Below, piece after piece: positions 1 to 9,047 of a stretch of 64,000 nt of DNA (position 1 is its first letter; each line of letters opens with the position of its first letter). The stretch is from a virus. The DNA lies in IMG/VR virus record IMGVR_UViG_3300020391_000290, positions 1 through 64,000 of that record. One strand, 5' to 3'. Both the position numbers and the translations under genes were made by a program. The notes under the pieces are model-generated. The model had not been told where the DNA came from and ran no database searches. It saw nothing but the letters and a program-made list of their open reading frames with translations.

Positions 1-133
1 AACAATGAGTAGATGTCTTTTTTACTCTTTTAATAATTCCTCTAACTATATCTACAACTTCTTTTTGTTTATCACTAAATTCCTCTATTGGTGTGCGATA
101 TTTAAATGCTGTAAATTTAGACATCTCTTGCAT
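1..133 (-). CDS. Hypothetical protein, partial (runs off window start)
   Basis: GGAGA SD then ATG at 133; reads MQEMSKFTAFKYRTPIEEFSDKQKEVVDIVRGIIKRVKKTSTHC with no stop before position 1. Confidence 0.55.
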   Translation of the reverse strand, partial: MQEMSKFTAFKYRTPIEEFSDKQKEVVDIVRGIIKRVKKTSTHC

Positions 134-144
134 TAAGCATTCTC

Positions 145-366
145 CTATTTTATAGTACCCATCATTACTAATATACAAACATAAAAAAATGCAAATACAA
201 AAACTGGTGCCGCATTAGATATTTTTTTAGTAGTTGTTGGTTCTGGTTTTACCCAATCAGCAGGCATATAGTCTCTATCCCAAGCATCTCTTCTTGAATC
301 TATTTTACGTTGATCTGCATGTATTATTCTTGGATCAACTTTATGTGTAAATTGTTCTTCTGCCAT
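145..366 (-). CDS. Small hypothetical membrane protein
   Basis: 73 aa with a C-terminal hydrophobic helix (PVFVFAFFYVCILVMMG); start overlaps the upstream stop (TAATG). Confidence 0.65.
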   Translation of the reverse strand: MAEEQFTHKVDPRIIHADQRKIDSRRDAWDRDYMPADWVKPEPTTTKKISNAAPVFVFAFFYVCILVMMGTIK

Positions 367-557
367 TAGTCTTCACCTACTAATCCTGCTTCAACTGCTT
401 TAATATGTTTACATTTTCTATATGCAGGACAGGTACATTCCCAACCTCTATCCCACATAGTAACCTCATAATGATCACCTTTAGAACCAATAATAGGCCA
501 TCTTACTCCTACTAAATGATGGTCTCTTGTGTTTATTACCTCAGATTCAAATGCCAT
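366..557 (-). CDS. SWIM-type zinc-finger protein
   Basis: WECTCPAYRKCKHIKAV fits CxC-xn-CxH; strong promoter and AGAGAG SD upstream. Confidence 0.75.
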   Translation of the reverse strand: MAFESEVINTRDHHLVGVRWPIIGSKGDHYEVTMWDRGWECTCPAYRKCKHIKAVEAGLVGED

Positions 558-569
558 TGTTATCTCTCT

Positions 570-617
570 TTTGTTAACTATACATACATAATAACATAGT
601 TATATATATTGTCAACC
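570..617 (-). promoter_or_regulatory. Sigma70-type early promoter
   Basis: TTGACA (615-610), 16 nt, TGnTATTAT (-10 at 593-588), followed by GTATAGTTAA. Confidence 0.7.
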
Positions 618-1741
618 TAGTCTTGTCTTGTTCCTGCACCATAATCTATGACTACTGGAAATCTAGGAACTCCATCATTACTTAATTCAAAGTATCTACA
701 AGTTGCCCAATTTATATTATCTTTTGTTTTAAGTAATTCTGCAAGTTTGTCTTGAGAACCTCTTACTCCTGAACTAAATTGTGTACCATCTGCAAGTTCA
801 AGTATAAACCTTTTTGCATATCCAGCCCAATTACCATTACCTTCTTGTATCTCTACAACTTTGTATTCCTCAGTAATGAACTCTTTTCTCTTTAACAAGT
901 TTTTAGTTCTTTTAAACTGATATGCAGTATCTTGTCTAATCATCTGACCTTCATAGCCAGCAGTAGTATATTCTCCATACAACCTATCAATGTCTGCTGA
1001 TGTATTTGCAGTATCATATTCTACTAATACTAAGCCATCTCCTGCAACATTTTCTTGTATCCATTTTGCTCTTTGTGTAAAAGTCATTTGAGGATTTGCA
1101 CTATCAAACATATCATATATATGATACTGTACTAACTGTTTGCTTTCTGCAATCTCATCTGCTCCAATGTTTACAGTTTTTCTCACTAAACTTGTTATCT
1201 TTTGAAAGTTATCTTTAAGGTCATGATTGTATAATTCCCCATCTAGTGTTACTGTAGGAAATGTTTTAATGAAATCAGCAAGTGCATCTGCAATGTGCGG
1301 CACTGCAACAATAGGTTTGTTACTTCTACTGTAAAGTCCTCTACTGTTTACAACCATTCTAATACCGTCTAGTTTAGGTTGTGTGTATCCACTATCAACA
1401 GGAGTTTTTGTAAAATCATGTGCTAACATAGGCTTAAATGCAGTGTAACTATCTATAGCATTTATATCTTCAAAATATTCTTTTTCAATTCTTTTATCAA
1501 ATTCTGCTTGTGCTTCAAACTTTGCTTGGGTAATATTTGTAGTAGCATTTGCTCTACCAACGTTTTTTGCCTCAGTAATAAACCATTCACTAGTTACTTT
1601 TTTACCATCCTGCAAACCTGATATTGTTCTTGTGCCTGCTTGTGTTTCATCTAAATTATAACCATACTGCATAGTCCATTCACGTACTTTGCCAGTGGTA
1701 TCTCTCTTGTATAATTTAGGTAAATTGTAAATTGTTTGCAT
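617..1741 (-). CDS. lig: ATP-dependent DNA ligase (T4 gp30-like)
   Basis: Motif I QPKLDGIR, LDGELY, YEGQMIR, LLKRKEF and C-terminal OB fold ending VPRFP. Confidence 0.93.
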   Translation of the reverse strand: MQTIYNLPKLYKRDTTGKVREWTMQYGYNLDETQAGTRTISGLQDGKKVTSEWFITEAKNVGRANATTNITQAKFEAQAEFDKRIEKEYFEDINAIDSYTAFKPMLAHDFTKTPVDSGYTQPKLDGIRMVVNSRGLYSRSNKPIVAVPHIADALADFIKTFPTVTLDGELYNHDLKDNFQKITSLVRKTVNIGADEIAESKQLVQYHIYDMFDSANPQMTFTQRAKWIQENVAGDGLVLVEYDTANTSADIDRLYGEYTTAGYEGQMIRQDTAYQFKRTKNLLKRKEFITEEYKVVEIQEGNGNWAGYAKRFILELADGTQFSSGVRGSQDKLAELLKTKDNINWATCRYFELSNDGVPRFPVVIDYGAGTRQD

Positions 1742-1756
1742 TTGGTCCTCTTCTCT

Positions 1757-1803
1757 GTTTTAACTATACTATTAATATAACACAGTTTAAAGAAGTGTCA
1801 ACC
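1757..1803 (-). promoter_or_regulatory. Sigma70-type early promoter for the ligase gene
   Basis: TTGACA (1801-1796), 16 nt, TGnTATATT (1779-1774), followed by GTATAGTTAA and AGAGGA SD. Confidence 0.7.
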
Positions 1804-1810
1804 GTTTTTC

Positions 1811-2743
1811 TTATCTTTTTTCTAATTTATATATTTTATTTTCTACGTCAAAGTAGTGACTTCTGTTTAATTTAAGTCTATTTTCTAACTTGTGATAGTC
1901 CTTAATGCCATTAGTTAGCACATTTTTATTTGATTCTATCATAAATTTAATTCTAATATCATCATCTAAGTTATCGTAACTATGATCAAATATATCATCA
2001 AACATATCAAAACCATAATCTCTCATTGTTGCTACATGATATTTGTTACTTACATATAGTGCAGGATGTAAAGCAACAAAACACTGAGTTGTTTTTTCCG
2101 TTATAAATGTGTAGGGTAAATTATATCTTGTTTCTGTCACTACACTAAATTGACATTTTTCAAATATTGATTTAAGTCTTAAAAGATTTGCAGTATTTTT
2201 TAGTATGTTTTTATTATTTAATTCGTAATCTCTGTATTCATCCATCGATAAATCATTTAAATTAGGTAGATGCCAGTTCCTTGCTTTATAACTAATAAGT
2301 CTACTAGGAAAATTTTGTAATAAATTTACAGTGCTATCTCTATGCGATCTGATATTAAAATTTAGACATAAAAAAACAAATTGATTTTTATTATTAAATT
2401 TAAAATTTACATTATGCCTCTGTAAATCTTGCATGTGTAACCAGGAGAAATCAGGATAATAATAAAAATTTAAAGTCTTATAAGTATTTTCTAATCCCTG
2501 AACATCAGTATAAATTATTACATCTTTTATTGAATCGCCATAATGTTTAATATAATTTTCAATCTCTAACACTTTGCCATTTACAAATGTTAATTCATCT
2601 TGAATATAAATTTTTACAGGTGGTACAGGATAATTAAGTTTCCATCCAGTATTTGGATTATGTGTAGACTTTAAATTATCACCTTTTCCCTCTACTTGTA
2701 TAAGCCCGGGTTTAAGCCCTAGTTCATGAGGATGTGGTATCAT
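1811..2743 (-). CDS. Putative glycosyltransferase-like protein (GT10-like C-terminal motif)
   Basis: FSVVTET...FITEKT...HPALYV resembles the alpha-1,3-fucosyltransferase motif; GFDMFDDIFDHSYD also present. Confidence 0.5.
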   Translation of the reverse strand: MIPHPHELGLKPGLIQVEGKGDNLKSTHNPNTGWKLNYPVPPVKIYIQDELTFVNGKVLEIENYIKHYGDSIKDVIIYTDVQGLENTYKTLNFYYYPDFSWLHMQDLQRHNVNFKFNNKNQFVFLCLNFNIRSHRDSTVNLLQNFPSRLISYKARNWHLPNLNDLSMDEYRDYELNNKNILKNTANLLRLKSIFEKCQFSVVTETRYNLPYTFITEKTTQCFVALHPALYVSNKYHVATMRDYGFDMFDDIFDHSYDNLDDDIRIKFMIESNKNVLTNGIKDYHKLENRLKLNRSHYFDVENKIYKLEKR

Positions 2744-2961
2744 TTTATAAAGACCTTAAAACTACCAGGATTATGAGGTGTGGAATTACATTTTTTAGTA
2801 TGAGGATGATTCTTTACCCAATGGTGAAATTCACGCATAATTTCTCCTTGTCCGGTTACAACTATAACATATTTGTATTTTTGATAGTAAGCATCTTGGA
2901 TTCTATCATTAAAAATATTCCATGCATTATGAATTGGAAGCCCATGTAAATCTAGTTTCAT
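2740..2961 (-). CDS. Stand-alone Smr (small MutS-related) domain nuclease
   Basis: LDLHG at the N-terminus, VIVVTGQG and C-terminal NPGSFKVFI. Confidence 0.85.
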   Translation of the reverse strand: MKLDLHGLPIHNAWNIFNDRIQDAYYQKYKYVIVVTGQGEIMREFHHWVKNHPHTKKCNSTPHNPGSFKVFIK

Positions 2962-2966
2962 ACGTT

Positions 2967-2984
2967 TATTTAATACGATAAATA
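2967..2984. promoter_or_regulatory. Back-to-back TAAATA late-promoter motifs
   Basis: TATTTA at 2967-2972 (minus, towards Smr) and TAAATA at 2979-2984 (plus, towards the neck gene). Confidence 0.5.
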
Positions 2985-3001
2985 GTACTGAAGGAAAAAA
3001 T

Positions 3002-4183
3002 ATGCCAAGAATATCACTATGGAAAGACGGTGCTCACACCAATGATTATAGATTCTTTGATAGAAGAATTAAGGAAATGTTTACGACCGGTGGTACTGGT
3101 ATTAATGTTCATAAGTATTTAGGTATACAAAATCAAGGACAAAGTAATGACCCTAGTCAGCCTAATTATATCGAACCAGATCCACTAGGAATACAAGATT
3201 TTTTATTTTTGGAAAACAGAGATAGAAAATACGAACAAGACATATACACTCTTAGAGGTATATATAGTGTAACTGATACAGACTTTGATTTGTCCCAATT
3301 TGGATTATTTTTAGCAAATGATACACTGTTTATTACATTACATGAAAATGATATGCTTAATAATCTAGGGCGTAAATTAATGCCAGGAGATGTAATTGAA
3401 TTACCGCATCTAACAGATTTTAGTGCATTAGATGAAAGTGTAGAATTAAGTTTAAAACGATATTATGTAGTACAAGAAGGAAGCAGACCTAGTGAAGGAT
3501 TTAGTCCTACATGGTGGAGCCATTTATGGCGTATCAAATGCGGTCCTTTAGTAGATGCACAAGAATATAAAGACATACTAGACTTAGTACAACAAGATAA
3601 AGATGGTAATGATACTACTAACACATTACGGGATCTTTTATCTACGTATAATAAAGAATTGGAAATTTCTAATAAAGTTGTACAAGCCGCAGAAGTTGAG
3701 GTACCAGAAAGTGGTTATAAAACTGATCAGTTTTATGTTGTCCCTACAGGACCAGATGGTACTCCATTAGAATCTAAAGGCATAAATGCAGACGATACAA
3801 ATTATAATGCAGACAATACTAATGCTAGTGCAGACACAAGACGTATAACTCCTCAAAATGCTAATTCTTATAGCGGATACTTAGTAGGCGATGGTCTTGC
3901 TCCAAATGGTGAAAATGTAACAATGGGAACAAGTTTTCCAAGTGATTCCCAAGAAGGCGATTTTGTTTTAAGATTAGATTTTTTGCCTAATAGACTTTTT
4001 AGATATAGTGGTTCTCGTTGGATTAAAGTTGAAGATGATGTTCGCAGTAAACTTACACCAGGAACAGGAAATACACAAAGAGACGGATTTATTAACAATA
4101 CTGCAACATTTGTTGCAGATGACAATACTACTGCTAATAGTAGGCAATCACTAAGCGATGCACTTAAACCTAGAGAAGATTAA
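3002..4183 (+). CDS. Neck/head-completion protein (T4 gp14-like)
   Basis: IQDFLFLENRDRKY, LSQFGLF, LMPGDVIELPH motifs; lies upstream of the tail terminator. Confidence 0.65.
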   Translation: MPRISLWKDGAHTNDYRFFDRRIKEMFTTGGTGINVHKYLGIQNQGQSNDPSQPNYIEPDPLGIQDFLFLENRDRKYEQDIYTLRGIYSVTDTDFDLSQFGLFLANDTLFITLHENDMLNNLGRKLMPGDVIELPHLTDFSALDESVELSLKRYYVVQEGSRPSEGFSPTWWSHLWRIKCGPLVDAQEYKDILDLVQQDKDGNDTTNTLRDLLSTYNKELEISNKVVQAAEVEVPESGYKTDQFYVVPTGPDGTPLESKGINADDTNYNADNTNASADTRRITPQNANSYSGYLVGDGLAPNGENVTMGTSFPSDSQEGDFVLRLDFLPNRLFRYSGSRWIKVEDDVRSKLTPGTGNTQRDGFINNTATFVADDNTTANSRQSLSDALKPRED

Positions 4184-4317
4184 TGAGTTGTTGTACAAGA
4201 AAAAGAAGTAAAAAAGATATATTATTTTTACCTATGGCAATATCATGCACAATTATAGGATTTTGTTTGTTGTTAACTATTGAAATGGGTATAGCATACG
4301 CACTAGGATTTTTATAA
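4183..4317 (+). CDS. 44-aa single-pass membrane peptide (not in ORF track)
   Basis: MSCCTRKRSKKDILFLPMAISCTIIGFCLLLTIEMGIAYALGFL; TAATG stop/start overlap at both ends fills the gap exactly. Confidence 0.7.
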   Translation: MSCCTRKRSKKDILFLPMAISCTIIGFCLLLTIEMGIAYALGFL

Positions 4318-5705
4318 TGCCACAACAATTTTTCTATGATGAACAAATAAGACGTTTTTTATTACAATTTATTCGTGCTTTCAGTAACTTTCAAGTGGAA
4401 TTTGGAAAAGATAGAGATGGTTTAACAACTTTACAGACTGTACCTGTAAAATACGGTGACGCAACAAGAATGGTTAGTGCAATACTAAGGGAAAATAGTG
4501 AAAATAAAATTATACCAACTCCTATGATTTCATGTTATATCACTGGTTTAGAATATAATCCAGAACGTAGACAAGATCCTACATTTGTAGAAAAAAAGCA
4601 TATACGTATGAGAAAATTTGATCCAAACACAAATGAATATAACACACAACAAGGAAATGCTTTTACAATCGAACGAATGATGCCTGTCCCTTATACATTG
4701 CAAATGAGTGTAGATATTTGGACAAGTAATACAAACCAAAAATTACAATTATTAGAACAACTACTAGTCCTTTTTAATCCTGCTTTAGAAATACAAAGTA
4801 CAGATAATTATTTAGATTGGACTAGTTTAAGTTATATAGAACTTTCAGGTACACAATTTACTAGTAGAGCAATACCACAAGGTGTAGATGATACCATAGA
4901 TATTGCAACACTACAATTTATTGTTCCTATATTTTTAAGTGCACCTGCTAAAGTAAAAAAACTAGGAGTAATCAATAAAATTGTAGCAAGTATATATGAC
5001 GATCAAGGTGGTATTGCAGATGGTGTAATTGATGGACAAATACTTTTAGGAACAAGACAAAAATTTACCCCAATGAATTTTGGTATAATTTTACTAGGAA
5101 ATACTGTTCAAATATTAGATAGAAATGAGACTTCTACAAACAAAGTAGATTACAGTCCTTTAGATGATCCACCAACAAAAATTGGTGATGATGATGTAAG
5201 TTGGGCTGCTTTAATTAATCAATATGGCGAATTACAAAGTGGAATAAGTCAAATACGTTTAGAAACAGGCGGCAGTGCTGAAATAATAGGTACAGTTGCA
5301 TTTCATCCAAACGATCCTTACAAACTGCTTTTTACTGTACAAAGCGATACAATTCCAACTAATAGTTTACCAGCAATTACTAAAATAATTAATCCTTTAA
5401 AAAGTGCTCCTGATGCTGGATTATCCAGCAATGCCACTGGTCAAAGATACTTAATTTTAAATGCAATTGGCGACTCTAGTAATACAGATGGGCCAGATGC
5501 TTGGGGTGATTTAGTTGCAGGTGCTAATGATATTATTGAATACAATGGAGTTAATTGGCAGGTTGCGTTTGATAGTAGTGAAGAAAAAGGAATACAATAT
5601 ATTACAAATAGTCACACAAGTCTACAATACAAATGGACTGGCAGTGATTGGATTAAATCTTACGAAGGCGAATATAAGGCAGGCGATTGGTCTATAGTAT
5701 TATAA
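4317..5705 (+). CDS. Tail sheath terminator/stabiliser (T4 gp15-like) with C-terminal extension
   Basis: FFYDEQIRRFL, VPVKYG, PVPYTLQMSVDIW and QLLEQLLVLFNP are gp15-family motifs. Confidence 0.8.
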   Translation: MPQQFFYDEQIRRFLLQFIRAFSNFQVEFGKDRDGLTTLQTVPVKYGDATRMVSAILRENSENKIIPTPMISCYITGLEYNPERRQDPTFVEKKHIRMRKFDPNTNEYNTQQGNAFTIERMMPVPYTLQMSVDIWTSNTNQKLQLLEQLLVLFNPALEIQSTDNYLDWTSLSYIELSGTQFTSRAIPQGVDDTIDIATLQFIVPIFLSAPAKVKKLGVINKIVASIYDDQGGIADGVIDGQILLGTRQKFTPMNFGIILLGNTVQILDRNETSTNKVDYSPLDDPPTKIGDDDVSWAALINQYGELQSGISQIRLETGGSAEIIGTVAFHPNDPYKLLFTVQSDTIPTNSLPAITKIINPLKSAPDAGLSSNATGQRYLILNAIGDSSNTDGPDAWGDLVAGANDIIEYNGVNWQVAFDSSEEKGIQYITNSHTSLQYKWTGSDWIKSYEGEYKAGDWSIVL

Positions 5706-6049
5706 TTAGTATTTTTCTTATTTTTATACCTGTAGATATAGACGCAGGTGGCAAAATGTATCAACGGAAAAATGATAAAAAGACATATGGCACACAACGT
5801 CCATTAACAAGACAACAAAAAATTCAACAAGGTTTAATTACACAACCTAAAATGGTCACATGTAGACTTAAGAAACGTATAAAAGCAAAAAACGGTGATG
5901 AAGTTTGTATATATCAAGGACAGAATAGAACTTATGAAATGGCAATAGAGAGAAACTGTCCTAGACAATATAAATGTAAATATAATCCATATGGAGAAGA
6001 ACCTAATATCTATAGTGTGATAGAAGGCATCAATGACGCAATTAAGTAA
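5687..6049 (+). CDS. Hypothetical exported or membrane-anchored Cys-containing protein
   Basis: Hydrophobic N-terminus followed by a basic domain with four Cys. Confidence 0.55.
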   Translation: MVYSIIISIFLIFIPVDIDAGGKMYQRKNDKKTYGTQRPLTRQQKIQQGLITQPKMVTCRLKKRIKAKNGDEVCIYQGQNRTYEMAIERNCPRQYKCKYNPYGEEPNIYSVIEGINDAIK

Positions 6050-6482
6050 ACATATAAATCAAAGTGTTGGTGCACTTTTTTTAAGTAAAAAAACAAGTAG
6101 ATATCTTTTTGTACTACGTAGTGGTGCAAGGTATGATAGCACTTGGGCATTTGTTGGAGGAAAAGTAGAAAAAGGTGAAACAGAATATACTGCATTACAA
6201 CGTGAAATAGTAGAAGAAATTGGATTTATGCCACTTGTGTTAAAGACTATTCCTGTTGAAAAATTTACAAACAGCAAAAATAATTTTACATATACTACAT
6301 ATGTCTGTTTAATTCAAGAAGAGTTTGTACCAAAATTAAATGAAGAACATAAAGGATTTGCTTGGAGCAAACTTGAAAGTTGGCCAAAACCTTTGCACCC
6401 TGGTGTTTTTACTACTTTACAAGTAAATGAAATAAGTGCAAAAATTAAAACAATAGAAGACTTAATGTGTAAAGATATTTAA
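6033..6482 (+). CDS. NUDIX hydrolase
   Basis: Nudix box GGKVEKGETEYTALQREIVEEIG. Confidence 0.92.
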   Translation: MTQLSKHINQSVGALFLSKKTSRYLFVLRSGARYDSTWAFVGGKVEKGETEYTALQREIVEEIGFMPLVLKTIPVEKFTNSKNNFTYTTYVCLIQEEFVPKLNEEHKGFAWSKLESWPKPLHPGVFTTLQVNEISAKIKTIEDLMCKDI

Positions 6483-7228
6483 GCGTAGTGTATTGCACCG
6501 AGAGATGCTAAGTTATAATATTGTGGCACAGTAATTTCTTTTAGATTTGGTATCCAATTATATGCTTCAGGCATTAGTCCTTGATATTCACAAACATAAA
6601 AAAATTCAACATCATCATATAAAAGAAATATTCTAGCACAGTCTTGTACAAATTTTCCATTTGCGCCTTCAACATTAACTTTTTTGTATGCGTCGTGTTT
6701 ATCGTAAAATATATTATCTTCTGGTGAACTATACGTTGTCATTCCAATTAAAAATATTTTTTTATGACCATCTGCACATGCCAATTTTAGTGCTAATGTA
6801 CCGGTATTTTGATTTACATAATGAGGATAAAGATGAAAATTACCTCCGTGTTGTAGTATGTTTTTGACATTACTAAAAACTATGTTTTCTTTTCCATAAC
6901 CACTTTCTGCTATTTCATTACATATAAGTTTATTTGTACATATCAAAAAGTCAGGTGAAAATTGTTTATATAATAAATTACATCCATAAGTTTGACCTAC
7001 GCTTCTTACGCCAAGTTCACCACCGGTTTGTCCTTTTAATAAATTTAAATTAAAATTTTCCCTACTTTTACTATTGCCTATTATATGAGCTACTCCGTGA
7101 TGATCTTCATTAAATATTTTTTTCTCAACCCATATCATACTATCTGGGTCATTTCTGTTTTTCCAACTTACGTTTTGTGAAATAGTTTCTCCTACGTAAT
7201 CTTTTGTGTAAAATTTTCCTTTTGACAT
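6479..7228 (-). CDS. Hypothetical protein, MptE/Maf (DUF115)-like Rossmann fold
   Basis: IIGNSKSR, TYGCNLLY, PDFLIC, NTGTLALKLA and IFLIGM; paralogous to 20927-21538. Confidence 0.5.
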   Translation of the reverse strand: MSKGKFYTKDYVGETISQNVSWKNRNDPDSMIWVEKKIFNEDHHGVAHIIGNSKSRENFNLNLLKGQTGGELGVRSVGQTYGCNLLYKQFSPDFLICTNKLICNEIAESGYGKENIVFSNVKNILQHGGNFHLYPHYVNQNTGTLALKLACADGHKKIFLIGMTTYSSPEDNIFYDKHDAYKKVNVEGANGKFVQDCARIFLLYDDVEFFYVCEYQGLMPEAYNWIPNLKEITVPQYYNLASLGAIHYA

Positions 7229-9033
7229 TAAATTTTACCTACAACTACTTCTATTACACCTGTAGCCGATCCGTACTTGTCTTCTAACGACTTTCCTATA
7301 ACACTACCTGTCATGGGATTGCTTTCATCCTTCCAAGCTTCTGCATGTCCTGGTGTATCACTAGCAACCATTAAATCACCTTTTCTTATTTCACCTACTA
7401 CTTTACAAGGAATACGACCAATTAGTCCTACATTTATACCTGATGATTCACTATTCATTAAATATGCAGGATCTGTACTTACAATACCTGCTATTCTTTT
7501 ATCATATTTTGCAGTGCATTCTGTAACTTCTTTTTCACCACCAAAAATTAATACTGTACCTTCTTCATAGTCTGTATCACTAATATATTTTTCTGCTAAG
7601 TCAGCATATCTAGCGGATGTTGTTGTTGCACTTATTACGTTTGCACTAAAATTACCGCTACTATCACGGAATACTATTGTACTTCCTGTATTGGAATTTG
7701 TAGCATTTGATGTTACAGTAAATGTTCCGCTAGATGCAGAGCCACTTATCCCTGATCCTGAAGTAGCACCAGCTGTTAATTTACCATCTAATTCAGATTG
7801 TAAATTATCAATATTAGCAATAGTGTGATTGTGACTATCGTCGGCCACTGTCAATGTTAGTGTAGCATTACCAAGGTTAGTAAATGTAGCACTACCAGAA
7901 GCATCACCATTTATAGTTAGTGTTGGATCTGCAGTAGCAGTTGTAGTAATACTAACATCACCTAAATTAGTTAAAGTACCTGCACCAGTAACCGCACCTG
8001 TAAGTGTAATAGTTGGATCACTTGTTGCAGTTGTGGCAATACTTATACCTGCACTACCATCAAAATTTGCAGTCCCTGTCACTGCACCAGTAAGTGCAAT
8101 AGCTCTAGGAGTTGTTAATGTTGCTGCACTTCCAGATGTGTTCTGGTTACCTGTTGTGTTTACACCTGGTAATGTAATATTTGCACTTCCATCAAATGAC
8201 ACTCCACCAATTGTTCTAGCAGTTGTTAATGTTGCAGCCGAACCTGTTGTGTTTTGATTCAAGGTAGCCACTCTTGCTGCTGCTACTGTACCAGATGAAA
8301 TATTACTTCCATTTAATGCTGATAAAGATGCCCCACTGCCAGAAAAAGCCGCTGATGTAAGTAATCCTGTACTTGGATTGTAAATTAATCCGCTATCCTG
8401 TTTTACTGCTGTCAATGCACCACTTGTTGAACTTGCAAAATAAATTAAAAAGTCTGTGTCAGTGGTTGTATCACTACTAATGGTTGCTCCAGCAGCCGCA
8501 AAAGATAGATTACCACTTGCATCTGTAACCATAGCTTGTCCACTAGAACCATCTGCAGTTGGCATGTTAAATGCTACACTATTAGATGTTAAAACTAACC
8601 TAGACCCGTTTGAGTGTATACTTTCAGCAGCATCATTAAATTGTATTTTTCGTGTACTATTTACAAGAACACCAGTATCTGCAACATGTGTAAGAGTTAC
8701 GTCTTGATCATTTCCTAATTGAATTGTACCTCCGTCTGCTAGAAATAAATCTGAAAACTCTGCAGATGCTGTGCCAAGCGTTGCACCATCTGCACTACTA
8801 GGAACAATTGATGTACCAACTGTTGCAGTATTCAGCACTGGACTAGTTAATGTTTTATTTGTAAGTGTTTGACTAGCAGTATTTCCTGTTAGTTCCATTG
8901 CACCGCCTGCAGTACTTCCGTCATGCACACGTATAACATCTAGTTGTTCATCAATACTAAGTTCTCCAGCACTGCCTGTGAAAGCGTTATTTTGCGTAGT
9001 TGTACCTCGTCTAAATTGTAATGTTGTTGGCAT
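7228..9033 (-). CDS. Tail fibre/adhesin with Mtd_N-like N-terminus and chaperone-like C-terminal domain
   Basis: LQFRRGTT...GELSID...VHDGSTAGG N-terminus; T/S/G-rich repeats; C-terminal RYADLAEKY...GIVSTDPAYLMN domain. Confidence 0.8.
   Translation of the reverse strand: MPTTLQFRRGTTTQNNAFTGSAGELSIDEQLDVIRVHDGSTAGGAMELTGNTASQTLTNKTLTSPVLNTATVGTSIVPSSADGATLGTASAEFSDLFLADGGTIQLGNDQDVTLTHVADTGVLVNSTRKIQFNDAAESIHSNGSRLVLTSNSVAFNMPTADGSSGQAMVTDASGNLSFAAAGATISSDTTTDTDFLIYFASSTSGALTAVKQDSGLIYNPSTGLLTSAAFSGSGASLSALNGSNISSGTVAAARVATLNQNTTGSAATLTTARTIGGVSFDGSANITLPGVNTTGNQNTSGSAATLTTPRAIALTGAVTGTANFDGSAGISIATTATSDPTITLTGAVTGAGTLTNLGDVSITTTATADPTLTINGDASGSATFTNLGNATLTLTVADDSHNHTIANIDNLQSELDGKLTAGATSGSGISGSASSGTFTVTSNATNSNTGSTIVFRDSSGNFSANVISATTTSARYADLAEKYISDTDYEEGTVLIFGGEKEVTECTAKYDKRIAGIVSTDPAYLMNSESSGINVGLIGRIPCKVVGEIRKGDLMVASDTPGHAEAWKDESNPMTGSVIGKSLEDKYGSATGVIEVVVGKI
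8110..8219. repeat. 110-bp exact copy of 11120-11229, shared between two fibre genes
   Basis: Direct base-by-base comparison. Confidence 0.9.
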
Positions 9034-9047
9034 TGTTTTTCCTTATA

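Noticed and set aside
7228-9033. Diversity-generating retroelement suggested by the Mtd-like N-terminus and shared repeats
   Set aside because: No reverse transcriptase in the window; the repeat copies are coding and do not show adenine-specific differences
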